From assembly GCA_001782165.1 (NCBI GenBank), contig MFNV01000002.1, positions 81,002 to 145,001 on the forward strand: 64,000 bases of DNA, read 5' to 3'. Shown here piece after piece: positions 1 through 10,194 of this stretch. Numbering within the stretch: the stretch's first letter is position 1; each line of letters opens with the position of its first letter. This DNA comes from Candidatus Levybacteria bacterium RIFCSPHIGHO2_01_FULL_41_15. GTDB taxonomy: Bacteria; Patescibacteriota; Microgenomatia; Levybacterales; UBA12049. The position numbers and the translations under genes were made by a program. A model generated the notes under the pieces. The model made no database searches. It saw only the letters and a list, made by a program, of their open reading frames with translations, and had not been told where the DNA came from.

Positions 1-265
1 AAATCATATCGATAACCCACCTTTCTTCTTTTGTAATTAATTTCCCTTTTGAAATAAGAGAAATTACAAGAGTGGGTTGTGTTTTTTCCTTAAAACCAAC
101 CCTGACTAAAACAAACTTGCCGGAAGCAAGTTTAAAAAGTCTAACCAGTTCCTTTCCTTCAATGACCCAAGGTTGAAAAACATAATGAGTGAGAAAATAA
201 TCAAAATTATAAGGCTGAGATTTTTCAGGAATTGGAATTTTAAAAGTTTTTCTAACTAGCTTCAT
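1..265 (-). CDS. 5' part of a gene running off the window edge; N-terminus resembles the AlkA/OGG-type DNA glycosylase N-domain (tentative)
   Basis: Manual translation from ATG 265 is open to the edge: MKLVRKTFKIPIPEKSQPYNFDYFLTHYVFQPWVIEGKELVRLFKL...; not in the ORF track. Confidence 0.5.
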   Translation of the reverse strand, partial: MKLVRKTFKIPIPEKSQPYNFDYFLTHYVFQPWVIEGKELVRLFKLASGKFVLVRVGFKEKTQPTLVISLISKGKLITKEERWVIDMI

Positions 266-284
266 CTTCTTCTTTTTAAATACA

Positions 285-1265
285 TTATTCCTGGAGGGCG
301 CGGAAGATTATAGTAAGAACCGTTAGGAATGGGATGGAAAGAAGCGCTCCTAAGATTCCCAGCAAATTTCCTCCGATTAGGATTGCGGCAATTATAACAA
401 CAGGGTTAAGACCGACTGCGGCCTGCATGACCTTGGGAACCAAAATATTATTTTCAATCGCTTGTATTACTATGTAACCTGCTGCAACGGCTATTGCAAG
501 AGCCGGTGAAACCGTAAGGGCGACGATGATTGCCGGAATCGAAGATATAATAGGACCGATTGTAGGGATGATTTCCAAAAGACCGGCAAGAAATGCAAGA
601 GGAAGAGCGAATTTTATCCCGACCAAAGTTAAAAAAACCCAAGTAATAACTCCTATAAATAATGAAAGCACCAGTTGTCCTCTTACCCAATGACCCAGTT
701 TTAACTCGATTCTTTCAAAGACTTCCTGAGTCTTTTCCCTCTCCTCTTTCGGAAAAAGATTTACAATTAATTTTTCAAACCTGTCATGATACAAAAGCAA
801 ATAGAAGCTTACTACCAAGACAGTCAATACGGATAAAAACCCCCCGAAAACTTTGCCGGTAATAAAGATTATATTTTTGCCTAAGACTCCCAGAAATGAG
901 GAAATTGAATCGTTAATTACAGAATAGTCAATTCCTATTCCTATGGTTTTTGAAGCATTATGAAGAAGCTTCGGGAAGTTTACTGCAAGAGACTGAATTT
1001 GAGAAACAAAAAAAGGCAGGATAGGAAGAACTAGAAGAAGAATAAAGGCAAGAAGCAAAAGGTAAGTTATAGTTGCGGAAAGTGCGTGTGAAATATTTTT
1101 CTTTTTTAAAAATATGACTGCCGGCTGGAGAGATGTCATGAGGATATATGAAATAAAAAGAACAATCAAAATCTCTTTTATTCTAATCAAAAACCACCCC
1201 AGGACAATTAAAAAAAGGGCTGCAATAAATTGATTTCTTGATAAATAAGAAATAAAACCCTTCAC
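285..1265 (-). CDS. AI-2E family (PerM/UPF0118) transporter
   Basis: Multi-TM protein with GLLEIIPTIGP and QAIENNILVPKVM motifs; likely start GTG 1265, 6 nt after TGCTATAAT. Confidence 0.9.
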   Translation of the reverse strand: MKGFISYLSRNQFIAALFLIVLGWFLIRIKEILIVLFISYILMTSLQPAVIFLKKKNISHALSATITYLLLLAFILLLVLPILPFFVSQIQSLAVNFPKLLHNASKTIGIGIDYSVINDSISSFLGVLGKNIIFITGKVFGGFLSVLTVLVVSFYLLLYHDRFEKLIVNLFPKEEREKTQEVFERIELKLGHWVRGQLVLSLFIGVITWVFLTLVGIKFALPLAFLAGLLEIIPTIGPIISSIPAIIVALTVSPALAIAVAAGYIVIQAIENNILVPKVMQAAVGLNPVVIIAAILIGGNLLGILGALLSIPFLTVLTIIFRALQE

Positions 1266-1346
1266 AAACCTATTATAGCAAAATTCTAACAAGAAGTTTT
1301 TTGCTTTATTTTAAAATTTTGGTAAAATGTATTTGGTTTGTGCTTT

Positions 1347-1419
1347 GCGCCTGTAGCTCAACGGATAGAGCAGGTCGGTTCTAACGACAAGGTTGGGGGT
1401 TCGACTCCCTTCAGGCGCG
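1347..1419 (+). tRNA. tRNA-Arg(UCU)
   Basis: GCGCCTG/CAGGCGC acceptor stem, GCTC/GAGC D-stem, loop GT-TCT-AA, TTCGACT T-loop; no encoded CCA. Confidence 0.9.
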
Positions 1420-1422
1420 CAC

Positions 1423-1510
1423 TAGAATTTAGAGTTCATAGTTTATAATTCAGAATTTAGACCTAATTTTATTAATTTTTTTAATTTTGAATTTTGAATT
1501 CTAGATTTTA
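1423..1510. repeat. Degenerate 7-bp tandem repeats (TAGAATT/TTGAATT type)
   Basis: TAGAATT TAGAGTT CATAGTT TATAATT CAGAATT ... TTTAATT TTGAATT TTGAATT CTAGATT. Confidence 0.7.
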
Positions 1511-1521
1511 AACTTAACATC

Positions 1522-2193
1522 ATGTTTCCGATCTCCGATGAAATAAAAGCAAGAAGATTCCCGTTTTTAAATATCCTTTTCATTGCGGTAACCGTTTATG
1601 TTTTTTTTCAGCAGATTACTTCTCCCCTCCCCGATTTTTTGATAGAAAAATATGCTCTTATCCCTTCTCTGGTAAACTTTTCCGATTTCGCAACTCTTAC
1701 ACCTTTCGTAACTGCAATATTTTTACACGGAGGATTTCTTCATATAGTTTCAAATATGTGGTTCCTTTGGGTATTTGGAGATAATGTGGAAGGTTATACG
1801 GGATTTTTCTTTTATCCTCTGGTTTATTTTGTCTCGGGAATCGCCGGGAATTTCGCCCAGTATATTTTTATGCCCGACTCCACGATCCCCATGCTTGGTG
1901 CATCAGGAGCAATAGCGGGTGTTTTGGGCGCGTATTATGTGCTTTTTCCGCATTCTCAAATACGGACTTTCATCCCTGTATTTGGGTTTCCTGCAATAAT
2001 AAATGTATCGGCAGGTTTTATGCTCGGATACTGGTTTATTCTCCAAATTATTTCAGGGGCAGGCTCTATAGGAGTTTCTTCTGATACTGGAGGAATTGCA
2101 TTCTGGGCGCACGTGGGAGGATTTTTGATGGGAGTTATATTTGGACTAATGTTTAGGAAGAAAGTTAAGGAAGAGATAAAATACAAAACTTGA
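1522..2193 (+). CDS. Rhomboid intramembrane serine protease
   Basis: HGGFLHIVSNM, GASG catalytic Ser motif, AHVGG catalytic His motif. Confidence 0.95.
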   Translation: MFPISDEIKARRFPFLNILFIAVTVYVFFQQITSPLPDFLIEKYALIPSLVNFSDFATLTPFVTAIFLHGGFLHIVSNMWFLWVFGDNVEGYTGFFFYPLVYFVSGIAGNFAQYIFMPDSTIPMLGASGAIAGVLGAYYVLFPHSQIRTFIPVFGFPAIINVSAGFMLGYWFILQIISGAGSIGVSSDTGGIAFWAHVGGFLMGVIFGLMFRKKVKEEIKYKT

Positions 2194-2250
2194 CATTTTT
2201 AAATTAGTTATTGATTTTTATAAACTTAGTGGTACAATAAGCTGATTAAA

Positions 2251-2679
2251 ATGGCAGCAGAATCAAAACCCGGAACTGCACCCTCCGAACAACCTCAGTC
2301 CCTAACTTTTGAGGAAAGAATTGCTCAGGAAGGCAGAAGTCTGATCAGGAATGTTGGAAAAGCAAGATGGAGTCAGGAGGGAAAATCGCGCATTCCAGGG
2401 CTTCGTTCTACAGTTATGGTCGGTCTTGATATGAATAATACTCCAGCCGGATATTACTGGCTTGTTGAAGGAGAAGGGCCAAATTTGGAAAATCGAATAG
2501 TTTATTTGGAGTATGCAGAAAATGAAAGATCGCCCTCAAGAATTGTCGCGAGCATAAGACCAGACCTTTCCTTAAGAGCTGTTTTATCGGGTTCGGAAAC
2601 CAAGCCAAGCCCCCGCCAGCTTAATCGTATAAATTTAGTAGTTAAACACATTTCAGCAAAATATAATTCACCCGATTAA
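2251..2679 (+). CDS. Hypothetical protein
   Basis: 142-aa ORF fills the intergenic space, preceded by TGGTACAAT; no recognisable motif. Confidence 0.6.
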   Translation: MAAESKPGTAPSEQPQSLTFEERIAQEGRSLIRNVGKARWSQEGKSRIPGLRSTVMVGLDMNNTPAGYYWLVEGEGPNLENRIVYLEYAENERSPSRIVASIRPDLSLRAVLSGSETKPSPRQLNRINLVVKHISAKYNSPD

Positions 2680-2728
2680 CCCGCCCGTTTTTTTTCTCCA
2701 AAATGCTATAATAAGAAAAATCTTACAT

Positions 2729-2780
2729 GGTGGATGTAGCTCCGCCGACGCCAAGGCTTTGGCGGACAAGTCAACAGTAG
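2729..2780 (+). pseudogene. 5' relic of tRNA-His interrupted in the D-stem by a 30-nt palindromic element (2741-2770)
   Basis: Removing the insert from GGTGGATGTAGC[insert]TCAACAGTAG restores G-1 GTGGATG TA GCTC AACAGTA G; lies directly upstream of the intact tRNA-His. Confidence 0.6.
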
Positions 2781-2785
2781 TAAAT

Positions 2786-2862
2786 GGTGATCGTAGCTCA
2801 ATGGTTAGAGCACTAGGTTGTGGACCTAGCGGTTGCCGGTTCGAGTCCGGTCGGTCACCCCA
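2786..2862 (+). tRNA. tRNA-His(GUG)
   Basis: G-1, GTGATCG/CGGTCAC acceptor, C73, anticodon arm CTAGG-TTGTGGA-CCTAG, encoded CCA. Confidence 0.97.
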
Positions 2863-2901
2863 AAGATTCTATAGTTAAAATTAACCCCTCTGAAAAATAT
2901 G

Positions 2902-5154
2902 TCAATCAAAGTTTGTTCTTTTAAGAAGTAAGGAATTCAGGACAACTGAAATCGAGGATGTTGCCATTGCCAAAGATGCAAATATCGGATTAAGAAGAAT
3001 CCCAAAAAAGGGATACAAAGCACCCATAGCAACAGGAATTAAACTTATATTATAACCAAAAGCCCAGAATAGATTTAATTTTATTGTTCTCATGGTTTTT
3101 TTAGAAAGTTCAATTGCTTTTGCTACAGATCTTAAGTCTTTATTTACAAGCGTTATATCCGCCGCTTCAATTGCTACATCTGTCCCCGAGCCAATAGCAA
3201 TTCCCACATCTGATGCGGCAAGTGCGGGAGCATCGTTTATCCCGTCTCCTACCATTGCAACTGTCTTTCCCTCTTTTTGAATGTTCCTCACCTCTTTTTC
3301 TTTATCCTCCGGTAGAACTTCCGAGAGCACTCTTTTTATTCCGACTTTTTGAGCTATCGCACTTGCGGTTCTTTGATTGTCTCCTGTAATCATTACAACT
3401 TCAATGCCTCTTTTATAAAGTGCTTTGACTCCTTCTGATGCAGTTTCTTTCAGGGTATCAGCTACAGCAATAAGACCCTTTAGTTCCTTGTTAACGGCAA
3501 GTATCATAACTGTTTTTCCCCCATTTTCAAGCGCCTCTACTTTATCTTCCTGTCCTTTAATTGAGATATTTTCTTTTTCCATTAGTTTCCGATTGCCTAA
3601 AAGAATGTTTTGTCTTTCGATAGTTCCCCTTACGCCAAATCCCGGAATTGCCTTAAACTGTGAAACTTTTTCAAGTTTCATGTTTTGCTCCTCGCTCTTT
3701 TTTACGATTGCTTCGGCAAGCGAATGTTCTGACCCTTTTTCCAAAGATGCCGCAAGTTGCAGCACCGACCTAGCAGGTCCGAAGCCTTTGACCTGCGAAG
3801 TCGAAACAATGTCTGTCACTTCAGGCTTCCCTTTTGTAAGGGTTCCAGTCTTGTCAAAAATTACCGTATCTATCTTATGAGCTGTTTCAAGGCTTTTTGC
3901 ATCTTTTATAAGAATTCCGTTCTCCGCTCCTCTACCTGTCCCTACCATAATAGCTGTCGGAGTTGCCAAGCCCATGGCGCAAGGGCAGGCGATGATAAGA
4001 ACTGCGACAGTATTAAGCATTGCAAACAGAAATGAAGGTGTGGGTCCTAGGATATACCAGAGGGCAAACGTAATGATTGCGAGTATGATTACAATTGGAA
4101 CGAAATAAGAGGAAACCAAGTCTGCCAATCGTTGAATCGGAGCCTTAGATCCCTGAGCCTCCTCTACAAGTTTTATAATTTGCGAAAGCATAGTTTCCTG
4201 TCCTACCTTGGTGGCTTTATAAACAAAAGTTCCGGTTTTATTGATGGTTGAGCCAATCACAGTATCCCCTTTTGTTTTATCAGACGGGATACTTTCTCCT
4301 GTTACCATTGATTCATCAACTGAGGAATCACCTTCCAAAATTTCTCCATCAACCGGTATCTTCTCACCCGGTCTTACCCTGATAACATCACCTATAACTA
4401 CTTGTTCTATAGGAATATCTACTTCTTTTCCCTTTCTTAATACTCTTGCTGTTTTAGCTTGCAGCCCAATTAATTTTTTGATTGCTTCAGATGTGCCAGC
4501 TTTAGCTTTGGCTTCAAAGTATCTACCCAATAAAATTAAACCAATAATAATAGTTGCTACGTCAAAATAAGGAGCAGGTTCAACCCCTATGTTTTTAACA
4601 ACCTGCGGAAAGACAGTAACAAAGGCAGAATAGAAATAAGCAACGGTTGTACCTATGGTAACAAGAGTATCCATGTTGGCAGTTCTGTGTTTGAGGGCAG
4701 GAATCGTGGCTCTGTAAAATTCAAATCCTGCCCAAAATTGTACAGGCGTTGCAAGAAGAAGTTGAATCCAAAAATTTTTCAAAATCAAAGGAGCAGTTTC
4801 TATAAGGGCCGGAAAGCTTCCCCAAACTAAGAATGTGCCTATGATAAGGCTTAAGCTTACTTTGTTTCTTAATTTTCTGATTTCTCTTAGTTTTTCTTTT
4901 TTTTCTTCATCTTCTATTGCCTCTCCTTGGTTTAAAATAGCTTCATATCCTACACTTGCTACTGCTGAAGAAAACTCTCTGTCCCCTGCTTTGTTAGGAT
5001 TATAGGTAACGGTTGCCTTTTCAGTTGCAAGATTTACATTAGCATCACTCACTCCCTCAATTTTTTTAAATGTTTCCTCAAGTATCCGCACGCATGATGC
5101 GCAATGCATGCCCTTTATTAAAAAGCTCCGCTTGGTCAATTGGTTGTTTAACAT
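2902..5154 (-). CDS. copA: Copper-translocating P1B-type ATPase
   Basis: HMA domain [34 protein letters not shown] and MxxSS Cu+ motifs. Confidence 0.96.
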   Translation of the reverse strand: MLNNQLTKRSFLIKGMHCASCVRILEETFKKIEGVSDANVNLATEKATVTYNPNKAGDREFSSAVASVGYEAILNQGEAIEDEEKKEKLREIRKLRNKVSLSLIIGTFLVWGSFPALIETAPLILKNFWIQLLLATPVQFWAGFEFYRATIPALKHRTANMDTLVTIGTTVAYFYSAFVTVFPQVVKNIGVEPAPYFDVATIIIGLILLGRYFEAKAKAGTSEAIKKLIGLQAKTARVLRKGKEVDIPIEQVVIGDVIRVRPGEKIPVDGEILEGDSSVDESMVTGESIPSDKTKGDTVIGSTINKTGTFVYKATKVGQETMLSQIIKLVEEAQGSKAPIQRLADLVSSYFVPIVIILAIITFALWYILGPTPSFLFAMLNTVAVLIIACPCAMGLATPTAIMVGTGRGAENGILIKDAKSLETAHKIDTVIFDKTGTLTKGKPEVTDIVSTSQVKGFGPARSVLQLAASLEKGSEHSLAEAIVKKSEEQNMKLEKVSQFKAIPGFGVRGTIERQNILLGNRKLMEKENISIKGQEDKVEALENGGKTVMILAVNKELKGLIAVADTLKETASEGVKALYKRGIEVVMITGDNQRTASAIAQKVGIKRVLSEVLPEDKEKEVRNIQKEGKTVAMVGDGINDAPALAASDVGIAIGSGTDVAIEAADITLVNKDLRSVAKAIELSKKTMRTIKLNLFWAFGYNISLIPVAMGALYPFFGILLNPIFASLAMATSSISVVLNSLLLKRTNFD

Positions 5155-5179
5155 ATTTGATTATCTGAGTAGCTAAGAA

Positions 5180-5545
5180 TTAACCACCAACAATAATTTT
5201 TCCATGAAACATATTCATTCCGCAGGAAAATTTAAATTCTCCTTTTTCTTTAGGATTAATCTCAACCGTCACTTTCTGATTTAAGGGCAGAAACTTTCTG
5301 ATATTAAAATCCGGCAGTACAACTTCCTCCAGACAACCTGAAGGGTCTTTTCTTAAAAAATTTATCTTTGTCTTTTTTCCTTTTGAAACTTCGATAACTT
5401 CTGGCGAGTAACCTCCGTCTATTGTAATATCAATACTATCTTCAGTTACTTTGATGACCTTATCTTTCTTCATCAAAAAAAACCAGAAGGTAAATAAAGC
5501 TCCAATCAAAGATGCAAAAGCTACGATAGTTTTGTCAATACCCAT
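5180..5545 (-). CDS. Membrane-anchored cupredoxin-domain protein (CupA-like copper chaperone)
   Basis: N-terminal TM, GGYSP, C..., CGMNM copper motif; directly upstream of copA. Confidence 0.9.
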   Translation of the reverse strand: MGIDKTIVAFASLIGALFTFWFFLMKKDKVIKVTEDSIDITIDGGYSPEVIEVSKGKKTKINFLRKDPSGCLEEVVLPDFNIRKFLPLNQKVTVEINPKEKGEFKFSCGMNMFHGKIIVGG

Positions 5546-5546
5546 A

Positions 5547-5563
5547 ATCCCCCCTAGGGGGAT
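5547..5563. promoter_or_regulatory. Candidate CsoR-type operator
   Basis: Near-perfect palindrome ATCCCCCCTAGGGGGAT abutting the start of the cupredoxin-copA operon; C-tract/G-tract palindromes are typical of CsoR sites. Confidence 0.6.
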
Positions 5564-5679
5564 AGTAGCATGGAACCAGAGTTTCAGTCAAGAGGTACAA
5601 AAAAATTTAAACAATCTTGATGTCAAAAGTATCCTTTTGTCGTATTGTTTTTTTTCGTATTTTGTTCTACTTTTGTATT

Positions 5680-6969
5680 ATGAATCAGACCTGCCTTTCG
5701 GCGAGGCAAGTAATTCTTCATATCGACTTTGATTCGTTTTTTGCAAGCGTTGAACAGGAATATAATTCTAAGCTTCGGGGAAAACCCATAGGGGTCACGG
5801 CTACAAACGGAAGAACCTGTATTATTGCATCAAGCCGTGAGGCAAAAAAATTGGGAATTAAGACAGGAAGCAGATCCTATGATGCATTTAAAATCTGCCC
5901 TAGTTTAATTCTTGTTCCTGCTGATTTTGTCAAATACTTTGAGGTCTCTAAAAAGTTTCTTAGGATTTCCCAAGATTTTACTCCCTTTATTGAACTCTTT
6001 TCAATTGATGAAGTATTTATGGATATTACCCCTACCCTCCATTTATTTAATGATAATCCCCACAGAATTATTTTTGAAATTAAAAAAAGGATAAAAGAAG
6101 AAATTGGGGAATTTATAACGGTATCCGTTGGTATTTCTCATAATAGGCTTTTGGCCAAACTTGCCTCAGGCCTTAAAAAACCGGATGGAATATTTGAGAT
6201 TAATAAAGCAAATTTAGATAAAGTTTATAAAAATGCAAAACTTACAGACGTCTGCGGGATAGGTGAGCGAATCGCCGACAGATTAAATAAACTAGGGATA
6301 TATAATCTTTTGGATCTAAGGAATGAAAATATTCATATTCTGGAAAAGGAATTTGGGAAAGTTTATTCTAATGTTCTCAAGAACATTGGAATAGGTTTTG
6401 ACGATTCGCAAGTTGTTCCCTACACATTGGCACCAGATGTAAAATCTGTAGGAAGAAATTATTGTTTGCCTGCCAATGAATTTAATAAAAGAAAAATTCT
6501 ACAAAATACTTATGAACTGTGGGAAGAAGTCTGTATTAAGCTTCGAAGACTGAATAAAAAAGCAAGGACAATAGGATTTTCTTTGCGCGGAAATATCAAT
6601 ATTCATAAGAGAAAAACTTTTAATTTCCATTTTGATGATTCTAGGCAGATTTTTAATTTATTCAATTCTCTTTTTGATGAGGATAAAAATATATTTAATA
6701 AGAAGGGTTCTTATATTAGACAAATAAGCGTTTGGGTTTCCTCTTTGGAAGACGCGAAAAATCTGACCCTCCCGCTTTTTGATACAAATTATAAAAATAA
6801 TAAACTTTTATCTGCGGTTGATAAAATTAATGAACGTTTTGGGGATCATACAATTCGAAACGGCTTTCTCCTCTACTCCGATAAGCTTACGACAGTCCCC
6901 AACGGCTACATGGCAGATAAATACGAAAGGACCAAGCTCGCAAGGGAGTCAACTTTGGCTCCTGCATAA
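5680..6969 (+). CDS. dinB: DNA polymerase IV (Y family)
   Basis: HIDFDSFFASVE, SIDE and LAKLAS..KPDG motifs; likely start ATG 5680. Confidence 0.93.
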   Translation: MNQTCLSARQVILHIDFDSFFASVEQEYNSKLRGKPIGVTATNGRTCIIASSREAKKLGIKTGSRSYDAFKICPSLILVPADFVKYFEVSKKFLRISQDFTPFIELFSIDEVFMDITPTLHLFNDNPHRIIFEIKKRIKEEIGEFITVSVGISHNRLLAKLASGLKKPDGIFEINKANLDKVYKNAKLTDVCGIGERIADRLNKLGIYNLLDLRNENIHILEKEFGKVYSNVLKNIGIGFDDSQVVPYTLAPDVKSVGRNYCLPANEFNKRKILQNTYELWEEVCIKLRRLNKKARTIGFSLRGNINIHKRKTFNFHFDDSRQIFNLFNSLFDEDKNIFNKKGSYIRQISVWVSSLEDAKNLTLPLFDTNYKNNKLLSAVDKINERFGDHTIRNGFLLYSDKLTTVPNGYMADKYERTKLARESTLAPA

Positions 6970-7764
6970 AAAGTTCATCTCGGAGAGAACTTTTTCTTCC
7001 TGATCGGGGTTTAATCCCAAAATACTAATTTGGGATGGGTTCAGGCATATGTTTTTGCAAAGGACAATTCCATGAAGAAGAAGCATTTGCTTTTGGGAAG
7101 CAGTTAAGGATCTTATTGAGGTTATAGGATAAAGTTTTGCCTCCTCAACAAGTTCTCTTAGGCTTGCCTTTTCTGGATAATCCCAGCTTATTACCGTAAT
7201 TCCGCAGCAAAGTGAATATTTGAGAGCATCAGAGCTGACTTTGGTATTTGTGGTAATTAAGGCATGGTCAAAATGGTGCTGATATCTTAAGTCATCGAAT
7301 CTTGCTTTAGTATACAAAGCTACATGAACATCGGATTTTATTCCTGCTCCGTTGTGGAATTTTGCCTCTACCATAATTCGTTTTCCCCCTTTTTCTGCAA
7401 TTACATCTATCTCATGAGTGACGCATTTGCCCGCAAGAATTTGTCTTACTTTTGTTTCATATCCTTGAGTTTTTAGAATTTCAGAAATGTAATCCTCAAA
7501 CGGATAACCCGTAGGACCGAGCTCCATAATTCCCTTTTTTAAATTATATTTTGTTGCCAGAAACGGAGATGGTGAAGCATCAAGAAATTCGATTATATGG
7601 TCGTAGATTTCTCCTGTTGTTATATTTTCATACAATTTTGATTTAACATGGGTTAATACCTGTTCCTGAATATCATACGGAATTCCTGCTCTTTCAATTG
7701 AATTCAGAACCTTTTCTTCGGAAAACGGCTCCTTTTCCCCTGAGGCCTTGAGAACTGTAACCAT
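6949..7764 (-). CDS. ATP-cone plus Mrr-like PD-(D/E)XK endonuclease domain protein
   Basis: N-terminal VLKASGEKEPFSEEK ATP-cone; GPTGYPFE...HEIDVIA...VEAKFH. Confidence 0.8.
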   Translation of the reverse strand: MVTVLKASGEKEPFSEEKVLNSIERAGIPYDIQEQVLTHVKSKLYENITTGEIYDHIIEFLDASPSPFLATKYNLKKGIMELGPTGYPFEDYISEILKTQGYETKVRQILAGKCVTHEIDVIAEKGGKRIMVEAKFHNGAGIKSDVHVALYTKARFDDLRYQHHFDHALITTNTKVSSDALKYSLCCGITVISWDYPEKASLRELVEEAKLYPITSIRSLTASQKQMLLLHGIVLCKNICLNPSQISILGLNPDQEEKVLSEMNFLCRSQS

Positions 7765-7806
7765 ATTATTATCGTAGATGTTTTTGGAATAGTTTTACAA
7801 GAGGTG

Positions 7807-10194
7807 CTATTTTATTAACTTTCTCTTGAAAGCAATATAATCTTTTTTTTCGTATAAAATCTCAAATCTGGTGTCTTGTTTTAATTTTTCCGCTAATTCT
7901 TTTTGCGCCTCAAGAGAGGGTTGGGCAAAGGGATCGTTAAGAAGAAAAACTACATAATCTGCCTCCCCTACTCCAATTGGAATAGTAAAAATTTTTTGCC
8001 TTTGGGACAAATGAGAACCAAGATTGTTGGTTGCCGCTACACTTGCCTGTCTTGGAATTTTTTCCAATACATTTTCTATCTCGTCCCTTTCGGTAAGCTG
8101 GTTTGTAAAGACAGCTATATTTGCTTTTTTGGAAAATGGAAGCGGTCCCAAAAGATAAGAAGAATAGACTGCAAATAAAATAAGATAGAGGCCAAAAATC
8201 CGAGTGGGAATTTTTTGGAATTTTTTCATAATAAATCTAACACTGTAGATGGAAGAAATAAATAAGAATGGAACTATAGTTGAATTGTAATGATAGTAAA
8301 TTTCTCTTAACTGGGAATTTGCGCTTAATAGATTTATAAAAAAATCAGGAAGGGCAAAGAGAATAAATGGACTTAAGAACGGTAAGAATCCCAAGTTTAG
8401 AGTCAATGTATATAAATAATAAAATGGATTTCCCTGAAGAATCAGCGAGACTGTTTTTATGGGCGAGAAAATAAAATTGCCGATTATACTAGAGGGAGAA
8501 TCCCCCAGCTCTGAATAGTAAGATAATGCAAAATGCTCCGAGCCTTTAACAGCAGGAATTATCCTTGCAACAAGAAGGTAAAAAATCAAAAAAGAGATTA
8601 AAGCTAATAGACCACCAATCCACTTTCTTTTCCCTTTTATAAAAAGGTAAGTTCCAAAGATTCCCGCGATAGGCCAAACGTTCTCTTTAGAAAGAACAGC
8701 AAGAAATAGAAAAGATAAAAATGGAATTAATCTTTTTTTTACCATAAGATAAAAAGCTCCAAGAAGTAGAGTCGTTGAAATTGTTACCGGATGAAAATCA
8801 TAGAGGTTAGCATGCTGAATGTGCGGATTAAAAAGATATGCAACGGAAAAGATAAGTGAAAGATTTTTATTTTTTAAAACCTCTTTTGATATCAAAAAAA
8901 TAAACAGTGCTCCAAATGCCAAAACTATGGATTGAAGCACAAGTAGCATCTTTGGATGCGACCAGATAAGATAAAGAGGAGAAATTAAGATTAATATAAA
9001 ATCTGAATGAAAGGAAAGACGTGAAATTATATTCGTTCCGTCCGGATTTGTAAACTGAAAAATTCTTCCGTTTATGGTATTCCAGACCGTCTGATCCATA
9101 TTCCCCAAATCAAATCTTCCCGTAAAAAAATTATCGTAACGAAGGAAACTTACCGATGTGAAATAAAATATATAGCCAAATATTAAAATACAAAGAATCG
9201 CTTCTCTTAAGTTTCTTTCTAAAAAATTCTCTGCTTTTAGAAAAAATTTGTTTTTTATGTTTCTTAAACCAGCTACAATCAGAACAAATAAAACTTCCGA
9301 GATAATTAATACAATTCTTGCAAATATCGAGGACAATCCTGCTATTTCAAGAGGAATAAGCTTGGCAAGTCCATATGTTATAAACCCTTCCCTTACTCCC
9401 AAGCCCATCGGAGCAATAACGGACAAAAAACTTACAAGGAAAGAAAGAGCGAAAAAACCGGTTAAGTATAGGCTTTTGTCAACCGGAAGATAGACAATTG
9501 AGGAAACTGCAAGATATGATGCGAAGGAAAAGGCAAAAAAAGAGGCGGAGGAGATGAAAACAAGAATAAAGTTTTCATATGGGTTAAATCTGGGAAGAAC
9601 AAGAAAAATATAATTAAACGGCTTGGGAAGATTAACTTTCCTGATTATTTTTTTGTTGAAGATATAGAGAGTTGTAAGAATAAGGGCCAATAAGATAATT
9701 AAAAAAGAAAAGATGCTGTTTTTAACAAGAGTTAAATATTGAAAAACAAAAGGAATCGAGAATAAAGAAATAATAAAAGCACCTGTGGCAATTAGACTGA
9801 TCTCCGAAAGAATCATACTCGCAATCGTTTCCTTATCTACTCCTTTTTTTGAGAAAGAAACGGTTTTGCCTAAATAGGACCAGATAAATCCCGGAACAAA
9901 TCTTCTAAACTCTGCCATGGTCCAGAGATATGAGGTTTCCTTAAAGGGGATGTTGTATCCATTGAAGATTAATAACTTTTGCCACGTTAGGGCTCTTAGA
10001 AAGAAAAATATAAGAAAGAAAAAAAATGAAGGAATAAGAAGGAATAAATTCGGAGTTATAAGGTAGGGAAAGACTTCATTAAAATTTGAGAATATTAGAT
10101 TCGTTAAGAAAACTAATGCGACAGCTGAAATTGGCCATCCCAAAAGGTATTTGAGACTTTTTAAGAAAACCTCCTTCCTTGATTTTTTATTCAT
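7807..10194 (-). CDS. Fusion: lysylphosphatidylglycerol-synthase-TM/flippase-like domain plus DUF2079 GT-C-like membrane domain
   Basis: N-half has R.VPG.IW and [10 protein letters not shown]; C-half has [25 protein letters not shown] motifs. Confidence 0.75.
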   Translation of the reverse strand: MNKKSRKEVFLKSLKYLLGWPISAVALVFLTNLIFSNFNEVFPYLITPNLFLLIPSFFFFLIFFFLRALTWQKLLIFNGYNIPFKETSYLWTMAEFRRFVPGFIWSYLGKTVSFSKKGVDKETIASMILSEISLIATGAFIISLFSIPFVFQYLTLVKNSIFSFLIILLALILTTLYIFNKKIIRKVNLPKPFNYIFLVLPRFNPYENFILVFISSASFFAFSFASYLAVSSIVYLPVDKSLYLTGFFALSFLVSFLSVIAPMGLGVREGFITYGLAKLIPLEIAGLSSIFARIVLIISEVLFVLIVAGLRNIKNKFFLKAENFLERNLREAILCILIFGYIFYFTSVSFLRYDNFFTGRFDLGNMDQTVWNTINGRIFQFTNPDGTNIISRLSFHSDFILILISPLYLIWSHPKMLLVLQSIVLAFGALFIFLISKEVLKNKNLSLIFSVAYLFNPHIQHANLYDFHPVTISTTLLLGAFYLMVKKRLIPFLSFLFLAVLSKENVWPIAGIFGTYLFIKGKRKWIGGLLALISFLIFYLLVARIIPAVKGSEHFALSYYSELGDSPSSIIGNFIFSPIKTVSLILQGNPFYYLYTLTLNLGFLPFLSPFILFALPDFFINLLSANSQLREIYYHYNSTIVPFLFISSIYSVRFIMKKFQKIPTRIFGLYLILFAVYSSYLLGPLPFSKKANIAVFTNQLTERDEIENVLEKIPRQASVAATNNLGSHLSQRQKIFTIPIGVGEADYVVFLLNDPFAQPSLEAQKELAEKLKQDTRFEILYEKKDYIAFKRKLIK

